A DNA stretch of 63,404 bases, filler included, from Saprolegnia diclina VS20 (GCF_000281045.1; 12 parts of 7 records of this genome joined end to end with filler, not necessarily neighbours in it), one strand, 5' to 3'; positions 45,222-57,122 are shown, counted from the first letter of the whole stretch. Notes: generated by a model not told the origin, from the sequence alone. A program made the numbers and translations.

Positions 45222-46839
45222 CTACTTCTGCTTTCGCTTCTGGTGCTAATACAAGGTCAACATTGAAGCTGATCCCTTCTCCATAGAACTACGACTACCT
45301 TGGAGAGCTCCGCCAAGGTCTCGTCTTCCTTCTTTTGGTTGACCTTGCGCATTTCTTCAACGCGCTTGAGCTTGTCATCGAGGTCTGTCATCTAGGCGAG
45401 AATGAGCGATTACGGTTCACTGGGCGTCAAAATGCCAGGGCAATTTTACTTGAATCTTTTGGTTGGCAACTTTATCGTCGGAGGCATCCATAAGATCCTA
45501 CAACAGTCCAGGAGTGTTAGAATAATACAAGCAACCTTGCCGCACCTGTTTCATGCGTCGGGCCAGAGCAATACGAAGTGCCTTCCGACGCTCCTCTGCG
45601 TTCGATTCACCAGTGTCAATTGGTGCGTCTTGGATACGCTCCAGCAGTGCGGTGGGCTAAGGCGCAACAATGTGGAATCTCAAAGGCAAAGTCAACAGGC
45701 TACCGGCTCGGGCGCGGTGACCTTCAACTCTTTTTGGTAGTCCTGAAGCTTTGCGTCGCGCTCTTTCTTCTTCTTTTCAAGAATTTTGTCGCGCTGCGCC
45801 TTCAAGTACTCGGCTCGCTTTCGAATCTCAAAATCCGAGATTTCGGCCTAGAAAACACATAATCAGAGTGCTCAGTAGTGAATCACGGACCTGCTCTTGG
45901 AACTCTTTGTGTTTTTCCTTTTTCTCCGCAAGCACCTGCTTGTTGCGACGAAAGACCTCCTCGGCTTGCTCCTTTCCGCGGAGAATGGCTTGTTCCGCCA
46001 CCTCCATGTCGACGAGACCTGTCTTGTGCTTGACCTTGTCTTCGGCCGCTTTTGCTTGAATCGACGCCAGCCGAAACCTATATATGCATGAAACGCGCTC
46101 CTATCTGTCTCTGAAGCGGAGGACATTTACAGTACCGCTCCTCTTCGACAGCGATCGAAAGCGCGATAGCAGCCTCTAGCTCTGCTTGCTCCATCTCTTC
46201 TTGCTTGTAGAGTAGATCCATCTCCATCCAGTAGTCTTCGACATAGTCGTTGATGTCCATGTCGTCGTCTTCCATGGTCTTGCACTCGCCCTCTTTCGTC
46301 TCGGCTTCTAGCGTCGCACGGGCCTCATCCGCGGCTTTTTCTTTCTGATCGCGCACGGCCGTAATGACCTCGAGCTCGAGCTCAAGGTTGCGCTTCACCT
46401 GGTACCTTTGTTATACCATAGCAACACAACGTAGTTACAATATACCATGAGCTTCTTGAACGTGAGAAAATCATCGATCGCGAGTATCTGGTTGACGACA
46501 GCCATGCTGATCTCGGTCGAGTTGCGGCACTGAACACATATGTCGGCGAAGTCGGCGGCCGAGATACCGATTTCTGCGAGGTTTGCCGTGAGCACGCCAT
46601 CGACTAGACATACGTAGGGTGGATAAGCTATGACTCGAGTGTGGCGTCGAGGGCGTACCGACGTCACGGAACTGCTGGTGCAAGTCGGTGTAAATGAACT
46701 TGTTTTCGTCGTCCGTGTCGAAGCTTGCGCAGTTCTCGTCGATAAAACTCATGATCGGGACCTCCCACGCAGGCGACTGGAAAAGGTTCATGATAAAGTC
46801 AAACACCCACTCGCTGTCCGGCTGCGTCAAGTCCGCCAT
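45222..46839 (-). CDS. CFAP36: Cilia- and flagella-associated protein 36 (CCDC104, BART domain), multi-exon; 3' end approximate
   Basis: SPAWEVPIMSFIDENCASFD, QILAIDDFLTFKKLMVKRNLELE, EQAELEAAIALS, RAEYLKAQRDKIL. Confidence 0.88.
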
Positions 46840-47302
46840 GCTATACCGTCGGCCTGAGAGATGCAATAATGCGAACCTCGTTTGAACTGAGATCTTCCGG
46901 ATACTCCGTAACGGTAGCCGGATATGCATTGCCATGGATCCATTCGACTTCGCCGAATCTGATGCTCACCGCCGCACCATAAGCATTGCGATCGAATGGC
47001 GTCGACATAAAAAATATGGCGTCTCCGGTCAACGCGCCTATTTCTCGAGGCTTGTGAAAAGGGTCGCGTGCTCATCTAGGTCAAAAGGTTCTATGCTCTT
47101 GCGCGGATTTCCTTTGCAGCTACCTACCGACCTGTCCTGCGTTGAACGCTGGTCATTGGAGACCGGGCGCGTTGTTGGAAGTCGATGTGGCACGGCTCGG
47201 TGAGATCATACGCTGTGCTGGTCATGTTTCGTGGGCGTCCCAGAAAAAATGAGCCTTCACACAAGTCAATGAATTAAAATAAAAGTCCTATCTGCAAGGC
47301 GC

Positions 47303-47923
47303 TCAAAGACGACCGTGCGACGGGCGGTAGATTTCGTGGTTGCCGTCGACGGCAAGTGTGCCTTCCTGGCGCATCTTGGCGTACACGTCGCGCTCGTACT
47401 TGGTGAAGCCCCACTTCTTCGAGCCGAGAACCTTCTGGCGACCAGGGAACTTGAACTTGGCACGACGAAGGGCCTCGATGACTGCGGGACCGAACGAGTC
47501 CTTCGAGCGCACCGAGATAATGGGCTGGCCGATAGCGACGCGAGCGGCAACACCCGTGGGCTTGCCGTACGCGTGACGCATTCCAGTCTGGAGACGATCG
47601 GCACCGGCACACGAAAGCATCTTGTTGATACGGAGGACCTGGAACGGGTGGCAACGGATGCGCATGTGAAAGTTGTCCTTGCCGCAGAACTTGGTGAGGT
47701 AGCGGTTGGCCGAAATGCGGGCGGCCTCGAGGGCTTCCGACGAGAGCTGTTCCTTTTCGTCCGACACCAAGTGGCACACGAACGGGAAAGCATCGACCGA
47801 CGCCTTCTTGTTACCGACATCGTAGATCCGGATCTTCGGGTCGGGCACACCTCGGCAGTAGCGCGACTTGATGAACGGCTTCTTGTTCTGGAAGCGGTAG
47901 CACTTGGCAGGACGGCGACCCAT
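47303..47923 (-). CDS. RPL10: 60S ribosomal protein L10 (uL16)
   Basis: [50 protein letters not shown]. Confidence 0.98.
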   Translation of the reverse strand: MGRRPAKCYRFQNKKPFIKSRYCRGVPDPKIRIYDVGNKKASVDAFPFVCHLVSDEKEQLSSEALEAARISANRYLTKFCGKDNFHMRIRCHPFQVLRINKMLSCAGADRLQTGMRHAYGKPTGVAARVAIGQPIISVRSKDSFGPAVIEALRRAKFKFPGRQKVLGSKKWGFTKYERDVYAKMRQEGTLAVDGNHEIYRPSHGRL

Positions 47924-48611
47924 GACTTGTGTGTGCGGGAGCTTGAAAAGTGATGACTTCCGTGCATGCCAGGACTGAATGGTTCATAGACGCATGCGGA
48001 ATTATGCGGAACGTGCGCTGGAAAAGATCGGACACGCAAAAATAATAAACCGGGCAGGCTTGAAACGTTTCTCTTAATCAAAGTATGCTCCACATTATAT
48101 GTTGGCTAGCAATATTTTTGGAAGAAAGAAACAATGCCATTAACTATGGCGTGGGGTATAGTCTTTTATTATTAAAGGACTAGTTTTACGAATAAAAAGT
48201 GGGACAATATATATTTAAATGCGATGATGTCTACTAAGTACGCGCACTATCGACGAATTCAATAAACAGGTCCCTTCCGGGGTGAGCTGGTAGGAACTTT
48301 TGTATTGAATGCGAAGCGTTGATTAACGGTATTGCGACGTCGGCGTGTTGGCCAAGACAAAATTCAACGCTCGACCTTCGCTGCGCTGCGGTGTGCAGAC
48401 TTTTCCGGGCCAACGCGCCGTCGTCGCTTGCTGCAGTCTTCGCGCGCTTCTGCAATCGCACCTAACTGGAAAGTTGCGTGAGTTTCGTTTAAGTACGCAG
48501 GCGCACTTTAGCGCAATTGTTTTACTTTAATCAACTATAACGTCCAGGGATGTAACAGCACTTAACAGGGACTACAAAATCGCACTTTATTGGACATGTT
48601 TCGCGCGATGC

Positions 48612-48680
48612 GATTGGCTTAGACCAATGAAACTGCATTGGCCAAAATGGCTCTATATATAGCCAATGGGTTGGCCGGAT
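48612..48680. promoter_or_regulatory. Cluster of CCAAT boxes around a TATATATA tract, between divergent RPL10 and FYVE-protease genes
   Basis: gattggc, accaatg, cattggc, ctatatatagccaatg within about 70 bp. Confidence 0.4.
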
Positions 48681-49342
48681 TGAGACACGACACACCGAAT
48701 TAATTCCCTGGGATGCTGGTACACCACGTAAACGTTCCTACCAGGAATAGTATATTAGTATAATGCTTTGGTTCGCACTCGCAAGGATGCAAAAATATGA
48801 TTCGTACTTTTGAGGACACCGACTAACGGTGAGGCATCCTGATGGCCCCCATTTGTAGGTAGTACATAGGGGCCTTCAGGATGCCACACAGTTAGACGGT
48901 ACGTCTTCTTCGTCAACTCCAAAACGCCAACGAGTCGTGGACGAATGCAAATTGTGACTGGACGTTGGTACATTCCAGTGTGTATGTGGCATCACTTCAT
49001 GACGAAGTTCCTGGTCTGAGCTAAAGAGCAACTGGAGCAATTTCCGACTTGATGATGTTAAATGCTCCTGCAGGAGGTACTAGTAGTTGGTGAAACTGCT
49101 GTGTGCATCGACATCAGCTTGCTGCCGCTTTTGTGAATCAAGCTTGATCTTCATCTAATCAATCACCCCGCAGGATCTTATCGATGTTCTTCAATCGAGG
49201 GCTGGTCTTTTTATAGGCTGCGCTGCGACGTTTTTACTTTGCAATTTCGTCTTGGAGCTCGTCGTCAGAGGTGAGAGCACAGAAGGTGGGGCCGTCGCTG
49301 ACCTCGTGATTGTGTAGCATGCTGGACTGGAAGGCGGCCAAG

Positions 49343-51097
49343 ATGGACCCGCCGACGCAGCGCCGGCAAACATCCATCGAATCGACGACGTCATCGAATG
49401 CATCGGATGATGGTGCGATCCAGCGCACCATAAGCACCGTAAGCACCAGCGACGGCCCGCGGCCCTTTATGGATCGTGGCAAGTGGACGCGGCCGAGCAG
49501 CCGCGACGCATGTACGCAGTGCACGGACAAGTTTACAATGTTTCGCCGTGCCCATCGATGTCGCCACTGCGGGCGCAGCTTCTGCAGCAATTGCTCCCGT
49601 CACCGCGTTGCGCTGCGTGGTCAAACGCACAAGTCCCGGGTCTGCGACTCGTGCTTCCCACACGTGCTCACTGGCAGCGTGGTACCCGTCAATTCGTTCA
49701 TTCACTCGCGCGCCTGGGTGCCCCGTGGCGTTTTCGCGCGTATGCTAAGCTACCTCAACCACGTCGACCTCTGCGTCGTCTCGATGACATGTCGATGGTG
49801 GTACAAGCGGGCGTCCCTTGACCTAACATGGAAGCCACTCTACCGCAACGCCTTCCCAACGGACGATGCCGCAAGCATGGATGCTGCTTTTCACCGCGAC
49901 ATTCACGGCGTCGGTTTCGAGACGTTGCCATGGAAGCAAAAGTTTGCGATCCGGTGGACGTCGCAGCGCGCGGCGCAGCAAGCAGCAGCGAAGAAGAAGT
50001 CGTTCAAGGTCATGGAGTCGCTCTTGGCGTCGCTAGGGCTTCAAAAGTACGGCCCCGTCTTTGAGCGCGAAGAGATCGACATTGAAGCGCTCACGATGAT
50101 GAATGCGGGCTACCTTCGCGACCTCGGAATTCCAGCAGGCCCACGCGTGAAGCTGCTTAACATGGCCGCTTGCCTCGTTGCCGACATGGGCCAAGACGAC
50201 GACGATATTGACGAGACGACAGCTGCTGGGTCGACGTCCGAAGGTCCCGTGACGCCCGCGGCCAAGTTTGCACAACGCAAGAAGGCCATGAACTTGTACC
50301 GGACGTCGCTTGTGCGTCGAGTGCAGCAGTCAACGGTGCGTATCGCCGTCTTGACTATGGACGGCCAGCTACTCAACGTCGGGTCGGGCATCGTCCTGCA
50401 CGAGCGTGGGCTCGTTGCCACGGCATTCCACTGCCTCGTCGGCGAGCGCTTCGATGTCATGTCGGACCCATCGAGCTTCATGGTGCTTATTGCGCCGACC
50501 GAGTCGGCCTCTGAGCCACCTGCGTGGAAGTACCACGCACGCGCCCTACCGCACGTCTCGGAGGCCGAGCTGGACGTCGCTCTACTCTGGATCGAGGGCG
50601 AAGTTTGGTCGGACCCACCAAGCGGCCTGTACATTGGAGACGTCACGGAGCGCAGCATCGCGCTCAATTGGACTGTGCGCCCGCTCAACGACGGATTCGA
50701 TTGGCGCCATTTGAAGCTGCCGGCCGTCAACATTGGCAACTCCAACATGGTCGAGCCCGGCGATGAGCTCTGGATGTTTGGGTACCCGAGCAGCGGCCAC
50801 AACACCATCACCGTGCACCACGCGATCTGCTCGGGCACGGATTCGCAGCTTTACAAGGGCGTCGAGGTTCCCAAAGCCCTTCTCCGGTCCGCCGCGCTGC
50901 TCGACAATGGATTCTCTGGTGGTGCGGCTGTTGACAAGAAGGGGCAGCTCGTCGGCATCATTTCATTTAGCCTCTCGCGCCAAGACCGCGTCCGATCTAT
51001 CAGTATGATCAAAAGCGCGATTGAGCTTGCCAAAAGCGAACGACTCAGCGAAGATATCTCGGATGACGACGACGACGACGAGCTCCATCATCAATGA
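49343..51097 (+). CDS. FYVE + F-box + SAM + trypsin-like serine protease fusion; alternative start at 49319
   Basis: FYVE: W..CTQC..F..FRRAHRCRHCGRSFCSNC..RVCDSC. F-box: VPRGVFARMLSYL..LCVVSMTCRWW..W. SAM: LLASLGLQKYGPVFEREEID..LRDLGIPAGPRVKL. Protease: GSG..TAFHC, DVALL, GYP, GFSGG. Single exon. Confidence 0.9.
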   Translation: MDPPTQRRQTSIESTTSSNASDDGAIQRTISTVSTSDGPRPFMDRGKWTRPSSRDACTQCTDKFTMFRRAHRCRHCGRSFCSNCSRHRVALRGQTHKSRVCDSCFPHVLTGSVVPVNSFIHSRAWVPRGVFARMLSYLNHVDLCVVSMTCRWWYKRASLDLTWKPLYRNAFPTDDAASMDAAFHRDIHGVGFETLPWKQKFAIRWTSQRAAQQAAAKKKSFKVMESLLASLGLQKYGPVFEREEIDIEALTMMNAGYLRDLGIPAGPRVKLLNMAACLVADMGQDDDDIDETTAAGSTSEGPVTPAAKFAQRKKAMNLYRTSLVRRVQQSTVRIAVLTMDGQLLNVGSGIVLHERGLVATAFHCLVGERFDVMSDPSSFMVLIAPTESASEPPAWKYHARALPHVSEAELDVALLWIEGEVWSDPPSGLYIGDVTERSIALNWTVRPLNDGFDWRHLKLPAVNIGNSNMVEPGDELWMFGYPSSGHNTITVHHAICSGTDSQLYKGVEVPKALLRSAALLDNGFSGGAAVDKKGQLVGIISFSLSRQDRVRSISMIKSAIELAKSERLSEDISDDDDDDELHHQ

Positions 51098-51547
51098 GGC
51101 ACACGTCGATGTCGGTAATATAAAAACCATAATCCAAAGCAGTTCATGGTGACGTATTATACGAGTAGCTTGGTAGTTTCAGCCTGGTTGATGTAATGTA
51201 CGAATAGCTTGGCCGATGCAGCCACGATGAGGAATAACAACCATCAAGAGATACCATCCGAATACCAATGACTATCCGGATGGTCAGGGCATATTGGCAA
51301 GTTCCCAACATGATGCGCCAGGCAACGATCACTGGAGGTAACGAGGCGGCTGGACAAGCGCCCACGCAGATGGTCGGGCCAAAGCTCGAGCCAACCGAGA
51401 TTGACGAAGGAAATCCAGAGCTGATGCACGTGGCCGAGACCAAGACNNNNNNNNNNNNNNNNNNNNNNNNNNNNNNNNNNNNNNNNNNNNTTAATTAATT
51501 AANNNNNNNNNNNNNNNNNNNNNNNNNNNNNNNNNNNNNNNNNNNNT

Positions 51548-53545
51548 TATGGCTATTCGTACAACAAACGGAGTCGGTACAACTCCTACGATGACGAAGA
51601 CAGTGACAATGGAGAAGATGCCGAGATGGGTGACATCTACAACGAGACGGTCACAGTCGTCGAGTGGATTAACGAGCGAAACGAGAAGGCTGCTTTGTCG
51701 TTTCTCAAGATCAACCTCGATGACGAGCTTGTCAACGATGTCGACGATATCTTCGAGGATATGGAGCCCACCAACCGCGAGTACGAAGGCTTTATGGGCA
51801 ACTCTGGCCCGTCGCTCGAGTTCACGTATCAACGAACGCTTCTCGTCCTTTGGCCGAAAACCCGCGCCCTAGAAGTTGGCGGCGTCGATGCCGCGCTCCA
51901 GCAACTTGACGCACTAATTGGCGCCGATGACATCGCCACTGCAAGGGCGCTGCTGGTTCGCATTGCGGGCTTTGCGGGCTTTGCGAGAACGCCCAAGCCA
52001 GCACAGGTCGCAAATGCTCTCAAGGCCGCGGCCGCGTTGCATGCGCTAGAGCCGGCGCTGGTCATACTGCGTAACTTGGCTGCTATGCCCAAGCCCTCGA
52101 CGTACATGAGCAGCTACGGTTTCCACCGTCAAGCGTCCACGTTGGACAAAGTGCCAGCGGTGCTCGTTGCGTCACTTGGTGCGTTTCTGACTGCGTTCAA
52201 GTGGACGAGTGGCATGGAACAGCTCGTCACCAAGACGGTCGTACCGCGTCTCGAGGCCCCCGCTATAGTGCAACTTGCCTGTACAGCACCGGTCGCTGCG
52301 AATGCGCTCTTCGTTGCCGTCGACTGGAAAGACACGCAGCTGCCTTTAGCGTCGCTCCAGGTTTTGCACGACATGTGCGCCAATGGCTGGCTGTCCACGG
52401 ACGTCTTTTTGCAGCTCGTGAACTCTGCAGCACCGAAGTACGCTGACGTTGCCTCGCTCGTCCAGTACGCGGTTGAAAAGAAGAGCACGGCCTCCGCACC
52501 TTTAGCGGTCACACTGGCCAAGCGCCCACTAGACGTTGCTCATGCGGTCGCGATTGCAGACACGATGTTCTCGGTGCCTGAGGCAGAACCTCAATTTGTG
52601 CGTTCCCTCGTGGCGGCCACAACCCTCAAGTACGCCGACATGGTTTCACTTGTAGCACTTGCGGCGACCAGGAAGAACCAGAACCTGGTACCGCTAGCTG
52701 TCGCGTTGGCGAAGCGGCCTCCGGACGCTACGCACTCTATCACAATTGCGTCGACACTGCTCTTGGTACCGGAGGCTGCGCCTGTCTTTGTCGAGTCCCT
52801 CAAGGCGAAATGTGGTCGTCGCAACGACACAATCGTCAAGTGTGTCCTGCGCGCTGCTCGGTCCGCGGCTGGTACTTCGTCATCTTACATTGCCCTCGCC
52901 CACTTCCGACTGAGCTTGCTGCCACCTGCAAATGAGCCGCCACCAGCGTTCACGTGGTGCCAATCGAACGCATTTCTACCGGCACGCCCCGACGTCCAAG
53001 CATTCCTCCGTGGGCCGACGCAGCGCATGGTCGTTTCGGGCTTCAGCGGCATTGCTCAAGCACGAACCTTTGCCTCCATGTACTTTAGCAAGTCGGACAA
53101 CATCAGTGTGACCACGACAACCTTTGGCACGGGCAAGAACGCGCGCTGTGAAGTCATCAAAACAAGAGCAGTTTTCGAGGAGACGCTGCGCGCATGGGAG
53201 CAGCTGCACAAAGAAGGAAAGAAGCTTCGTGAGCTCCTGAGTCCAAAACCACTTTCGAGTCAAGTTGCTGCGAGCCCGGCGGTAACTACTTGCCAAACGT
53301 CTTCGCTAGCCGCAACCCCTCGGCCTTTCGCGGCGGCTGCTAAAGGACTCGCGCCGATGCTACCGGTGACAAACTACGCGACGCAGACAGAATTTGTGCC
53401 CGTGGTAGCTTTCGCCGCAATGACGCCAGTAGCGCGATCTGTTGACCTCGCACCCTCCAACGCGATCACTCAACAATCTGCTGCGACCCCATGGCGACCA
53501 ACCAGTGCCACATTTGATGTCATTGACCTTTCGTTGGATGACTAA
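51548..53545 (+). CDS. 5'-truncated protein of the oomycete/fungal 2OG-Fe(II) oxygenase-associated family, with helical repeats
   Basis: Frame is open from the contig edge. EYEGFMGNSGPSLEFTYQRTLLVLWP and a C-terminal WCQSNA..PDVQAFLRGP..F.GIAQARTF..GTGKNARCEVIKT block. The oxygenase domain itself is not in view. Confidence 0.6.
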   Translation, partial: YGYSYNKRSRYNSYDDEDSDNGEDAEMGDIYNETVTVVEWINERNEKAALSFLKINLDDELVNDVDDIFEDMEPTNREYEGFMGNSGPSLEFTYQRTLLVLWPKTRALEVGGVDAALQQLDALIGADDIATARALLVRIAGFAGFARTPKPAQVANALKAAAALHALEPALVILRNLAAMPKPSTYMSSYGFHRQASTLDKVPAVLVASLGAFLTAFKWTSGMEQLVTKTVVPRLEAPAIVQLACTAPVAANALFVAVDWKDTQLPLASLQVLHDMCANGWLSTDVFLQLVNSAAPKYADVASLVQYAVEKKSTASAPLAVTLAKRPLDVAHAVAIADTMFSVPEAEPQFVRSLVAATTLKYADMVSLVALAATRKNQNLVPLAVALAKRPPDATHSITIASTLLLVPEAAPVFVESLKAKCGRRNDTIVKCVLRAARSAAGTSSSYIALAHFRLSLLPPANEPPPAFTWCQSNAFLPARPDVQAFLRGPTQRMVVSGFSGIAQARTFASMYFSKSDNISVTTTTFGTGKNARCEVIKTRAVFEETLRAWEQLHKEGKKLRELLSPKPLSSQVAASPAVTTCQTSSLAATPRPFAAAAKGLAPMLPVTNYATQTEFVPVVAFAAMTPVARSVDLAPSNAITQQSAATPWRPTSATFDVIDLSLDD

Positions 53546-55379
53546 AATGATGATAAAGTTGATTTGTGTTCACGAGATTTGCATGCCAGTTCCGTACAGG
53601 TAGGACGACCGACCATTAGCAGTGCGAAGTTTGTGAACCGCGCTAGAGAAAGTCACGGTCGCAACGACGGAGTCGAGTCTCAATAGAGTGCGATCACCAG
53701 GATCCGCATGTTGAAGCAAGCAAGATCATTACCACCGATCTATGCGTGAACCCATGAATACCAACCAGAGCACCCATGAGGTGGCTGCGTCGTGGAGCGG
53801 GGTTTAGCGCATACTACTAGAACTTCGCACGTCCTCAGGACGGCGCTCGTCGGATGGACAAGTTTGTGCGGGTTCTCCGTGACATTCGAGCGTTGGGAAA
53901 TTGATGTCTTGATCAAAATGATCATTTTGTTAGCTGAGCAGCTTGTCCCAATGCTGGTCCCAATGCGTGGCGTAGCGCTGCCGGGTGGCCAAGATCTCAC
54001 AGCGAAGATACTGATTTGGCCCACCCCGTCGAATTGTACGGGAGGCAGTCCCGATCGTAGATCTCTAGGCGCGTCATCACGAGTGCAAGCTTGGGCGTAA
54101 GCGATTGAAGCGTTCCAGATAACGGCTTTTGATGGCGTGGCCAGCACAAAGACATAAGGTCGTCCAAGTCTCCCAACAAATGTTCACAGCGTGTACCACT
54201 TCATTGCAGCGTTGTAGTATTTGCGAATGTGGCAGTTGGGCCACGGGGCTCACTTCAGTAAAATCATATAGGCACAGCCAAGATTATAAAAATGATATTC
54301 ATTCCTCTACCAAGACCGAGCTACTTGGGGGCAACAACCGTGCTGGTGTCCGCCGTGCCAGTGATGGCGAGCGGGTTAGCTATTCGACTGATACCAATTT
54401 GGAAATGACTGGAGCCTGCTTGCTCTGCGCCTGGATCTTGGATCTTGTAACCTGTGTGCGCTTTCTAAATCTTGGTCTTCTAGGTCGCTCGGACTTGCAC
54501 AAAAACCCCTTCAAATTCTTCGAAACGGCCCAGCACCTGGCCGCTGCATGACCTGGGGGTGTTTCNNNNNNNNNNNNNNNNNNNNNNNNNNNNNNNNNNN
54601 NNNNNNNNNTTAATTAATTAANNNNNNNNNNNNNNNNNNNNNNNNNNNNNNNNNNNNNNNNNNNNCCTTGTTGACCGGGTCGTAGCATGGCGCCTCCTGC
54701 GTGCAGTCGGACTTGGCCATGGGCGCGTGGGTTGGGACCACCATTTTCTCGTTCGAATGTCAATCGAAGTGTGCAATGCCATCAGCTTGAAGCCGCGGAT
54801 CATTCTTGAACTGGAGAGAACTGGAGCTTTGGACTCGAGTTAGCACCCTAGGTACTATACACCCTAGGTTGATGGCAGGTTTGGCACCCAAATTTGACCT
54901 TTCGCCCAGTGCACGATGCGTCCACAGTCCAATCAAGATACTCTTTCATGGTGTTCAGCACCAACATGCGCATTCATCCAAGAAAAGACCCGATATCAAT
55001 TTACGGGGAGTCCACAAGCAAATGTGCAGGAGACTAAGAGAGCTTACTACATATATGTATTATTATTACACGTTATCGTCGACCTCAAACTGGCGCGATT
55101 CGGGCGGGGCAAAGAAGCGGGCGGTGGCAACGTTGGCCGGGGCGTCTTGCTTCAGGCGCAGCACGTGGCTTCGCAGGCGCCCGCGCCAGTGGGCAACAAT
55201 CTCGCTCAGCGGGACGTTGGTGATACCTAGAAGACGCCGCAGCTGCCGTCGATGATTTGAAAATACACAAGGCTCCGAACAGGCGGTGCCATCTCGGGGT
55301 TCTTGAGAGAGTCGTCGTTCTTGTTGACGTGTTGCGCGCTGTTCAAGGTCCCATGGCGGTATCAACTTGTAAAGGTTTA

Positions 55380-55860
55380 TCCGGCTTTGTCGACCTGTCC
55401 ATTATTTTGGCACACCGCACCCTAGCCAACATCGCTAGCCAGCTGCACGGATACTGTGCGCATTGCTCATCAGCACCCAGGTCTCGACGAGCGGCGCCGT
55501 CGTGTTCGTTGGGGTTCTGTTGGGTCAGAATGCGATTCGAGTTGCAGCAAAATGACAGGCGCGGAGCACTGGCCAAAGGTAGCAGAACGCGGCTCGGTGC
55601 ATGTTGGAGGCCGTCTTCGGCGTCGAGTAGAGGTAGCCCGAGAGTGTTGTTGACAAGGTCACTCCCAAGCGGACCGTGACTGCGTGAAGCGTGTTCCACA
55701 AGCTCTTGATAAAGTCGCAGTCGACGAGGAAGTGGATCACGCTATGTTGCGCGATCCATTTGGACCTTATCGAGTCAATCGGGAAAGAAGAGCAACGGGC
55801 AGACGTCGCGAGAGTCAACGCAACATGTACACAGATTACGATCAAGGCCACGAGCAGGTA
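55380..55860 (-). mobile_element. Decayed non-LTR retrotransposon (L1-like) ORF2 C-terminal zinc-finger fragment
   Basis: SVIHFLVDCDFIKSLW...LWPVLRAC resembles the zf-RVT region; frameshifts and stops present. Confidence 0.55.
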
Positions 55861-56294
55861 NNNNNNNNNNNNNNNNNNNNNNNNNNNNNNNNNNNNNNNN
55901 NNNNTTAATTAATTAANNNNNNNNNNNNNNNNNNNNNNNNNNNNNNNNNNNNNNNNNNNNTGAGAAGGACGGCTCCATGCACCGAAGCCTGGCTTTATAC
56001 CTTAGCTTGGCTTTATATTCGTGAACATAGTTGGACCTGTGGCTCACAAGTAGTATTCTTGAACGTGCCAATCGAAGGCCGGACAGAGCTGTTGGACAGG
56101 TCATGTCGATCGACCAACATTCCTTTTCTCAACCGCGTGCATCGCGCGCGCCGATTGGCGGATGCCACTCAAACTCAAACTCAATTGGCACCCATGTCCG
56201 CAGTAATGGGCGAAAAGTTTGACGCCAGCGGCCACTTGGAGCCGTTGGACACGCGACGCGCGGCTCCACATTGCAGTGCATTCCGCAAATGAGC

Positions 56295-57122
56295 ATGGCC
56301 TCGACACTCGTACCGCGTTCGCTGCTACTGCTGCCGTTCTTTCTCCACGTCGCGTCGAGCCTCAGCGTCGGCGGCAACAGCACGTTCGACAACCAAGTCA
56401 ACAAGATCCTGCACTGGACCGGCGACGACTTTGCCAGCCTTGGGCTCGGGCCCGAGATCGTCGCCGGCGTCGCGATTGGCGCGGGCCTCCTCGCGACCTT
56501 CGTTGGCTACAAGCTTGTGCGGCCCACAATCTTTCTCGCCGGCTTCACGCTCGGGTCCGTGGGCTTTTTCCTCCTCGCCGAGCGCCTCTTTGCCAATGCG
56601 TCGTACATTGACACGGCGTGCTGGATCGCGTTCTTTGTCGGCGGCTTCCTCGTTGGTAGCTTTGTGCTCTGGCTCTACAAGCTCGGTATCTTTTGCGTCG
56701 GTGCGCTCGCTGGCGTCCTGCTCGCAACCCAAATTCACAACTCGTTTGGGTATTTGATCTACCCGTCGAGCCCCAACACGGTGCTACTCGTGCTGCTCGT
56801 GGTGCTCGGCCTCGGTCTTGGCCTCGTCGCGCTCAAGCTCGAGCGTCCGTTTCTGGTGTTTGCGTCGAGCTGCTTTGGCGCCATTGGCGCGGTCTGGGGC
56901 ATTGGCTTCTTCGCCGGCGGGTACCCGAACGCAGCGTATCTCCAAAAGACGTTTGCCAACGGCGACTGGATCTACCACATCCCGAGCTCGTGGTGGTATT
57001 ACCTCGCAGGCACCGTCGTGCTCTGCGGCCTCGGCATCGCGGTTCAGTTCCAAGAGCTCAACAAGACCAAGCGCGCCGCGGCGTCTTGCTGCGGTGCGTA
57101 TGGAGCACGAAGGCCAGCGTGA
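56295..57122 (+). CDS. TMEM198/TM7SF3-like (DUF4203) multi-pass membrane protein; alternative start at 56289
   Basis: GYKLVRPTIFLAGF, GIFCVGALAG, ERPFLVFASSCFGA, LGIAVQF, plus a signal peptide. GCATTCCGCAAAT core-promoter motif at about 56278. Confidence 0.88.
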   Translation: MASTLVPRSLLLLPFFLHVASSLSVGGNSTFDNQVNKILHWTGDDFASLGLGPEIVAGVAIGAGLLATFVGYKLVRPTIFLAGFTLGSVGFFLLAERLFANASYIDTACWIAFFVGGFLVGSFVLWLYKLGIFCVGALAGVLLATQIHNSFGYLIYPSSPNTVLLVLLVVLGLGLGLVALKLERPFLVFASSCFGAIGAVWGIGFFAGGYPNAAYLQKTFANGDWIYHIPSSWWYYLAGTVVLCGLGIAVQFQELNKTKRAAASCCGAYGARRPA

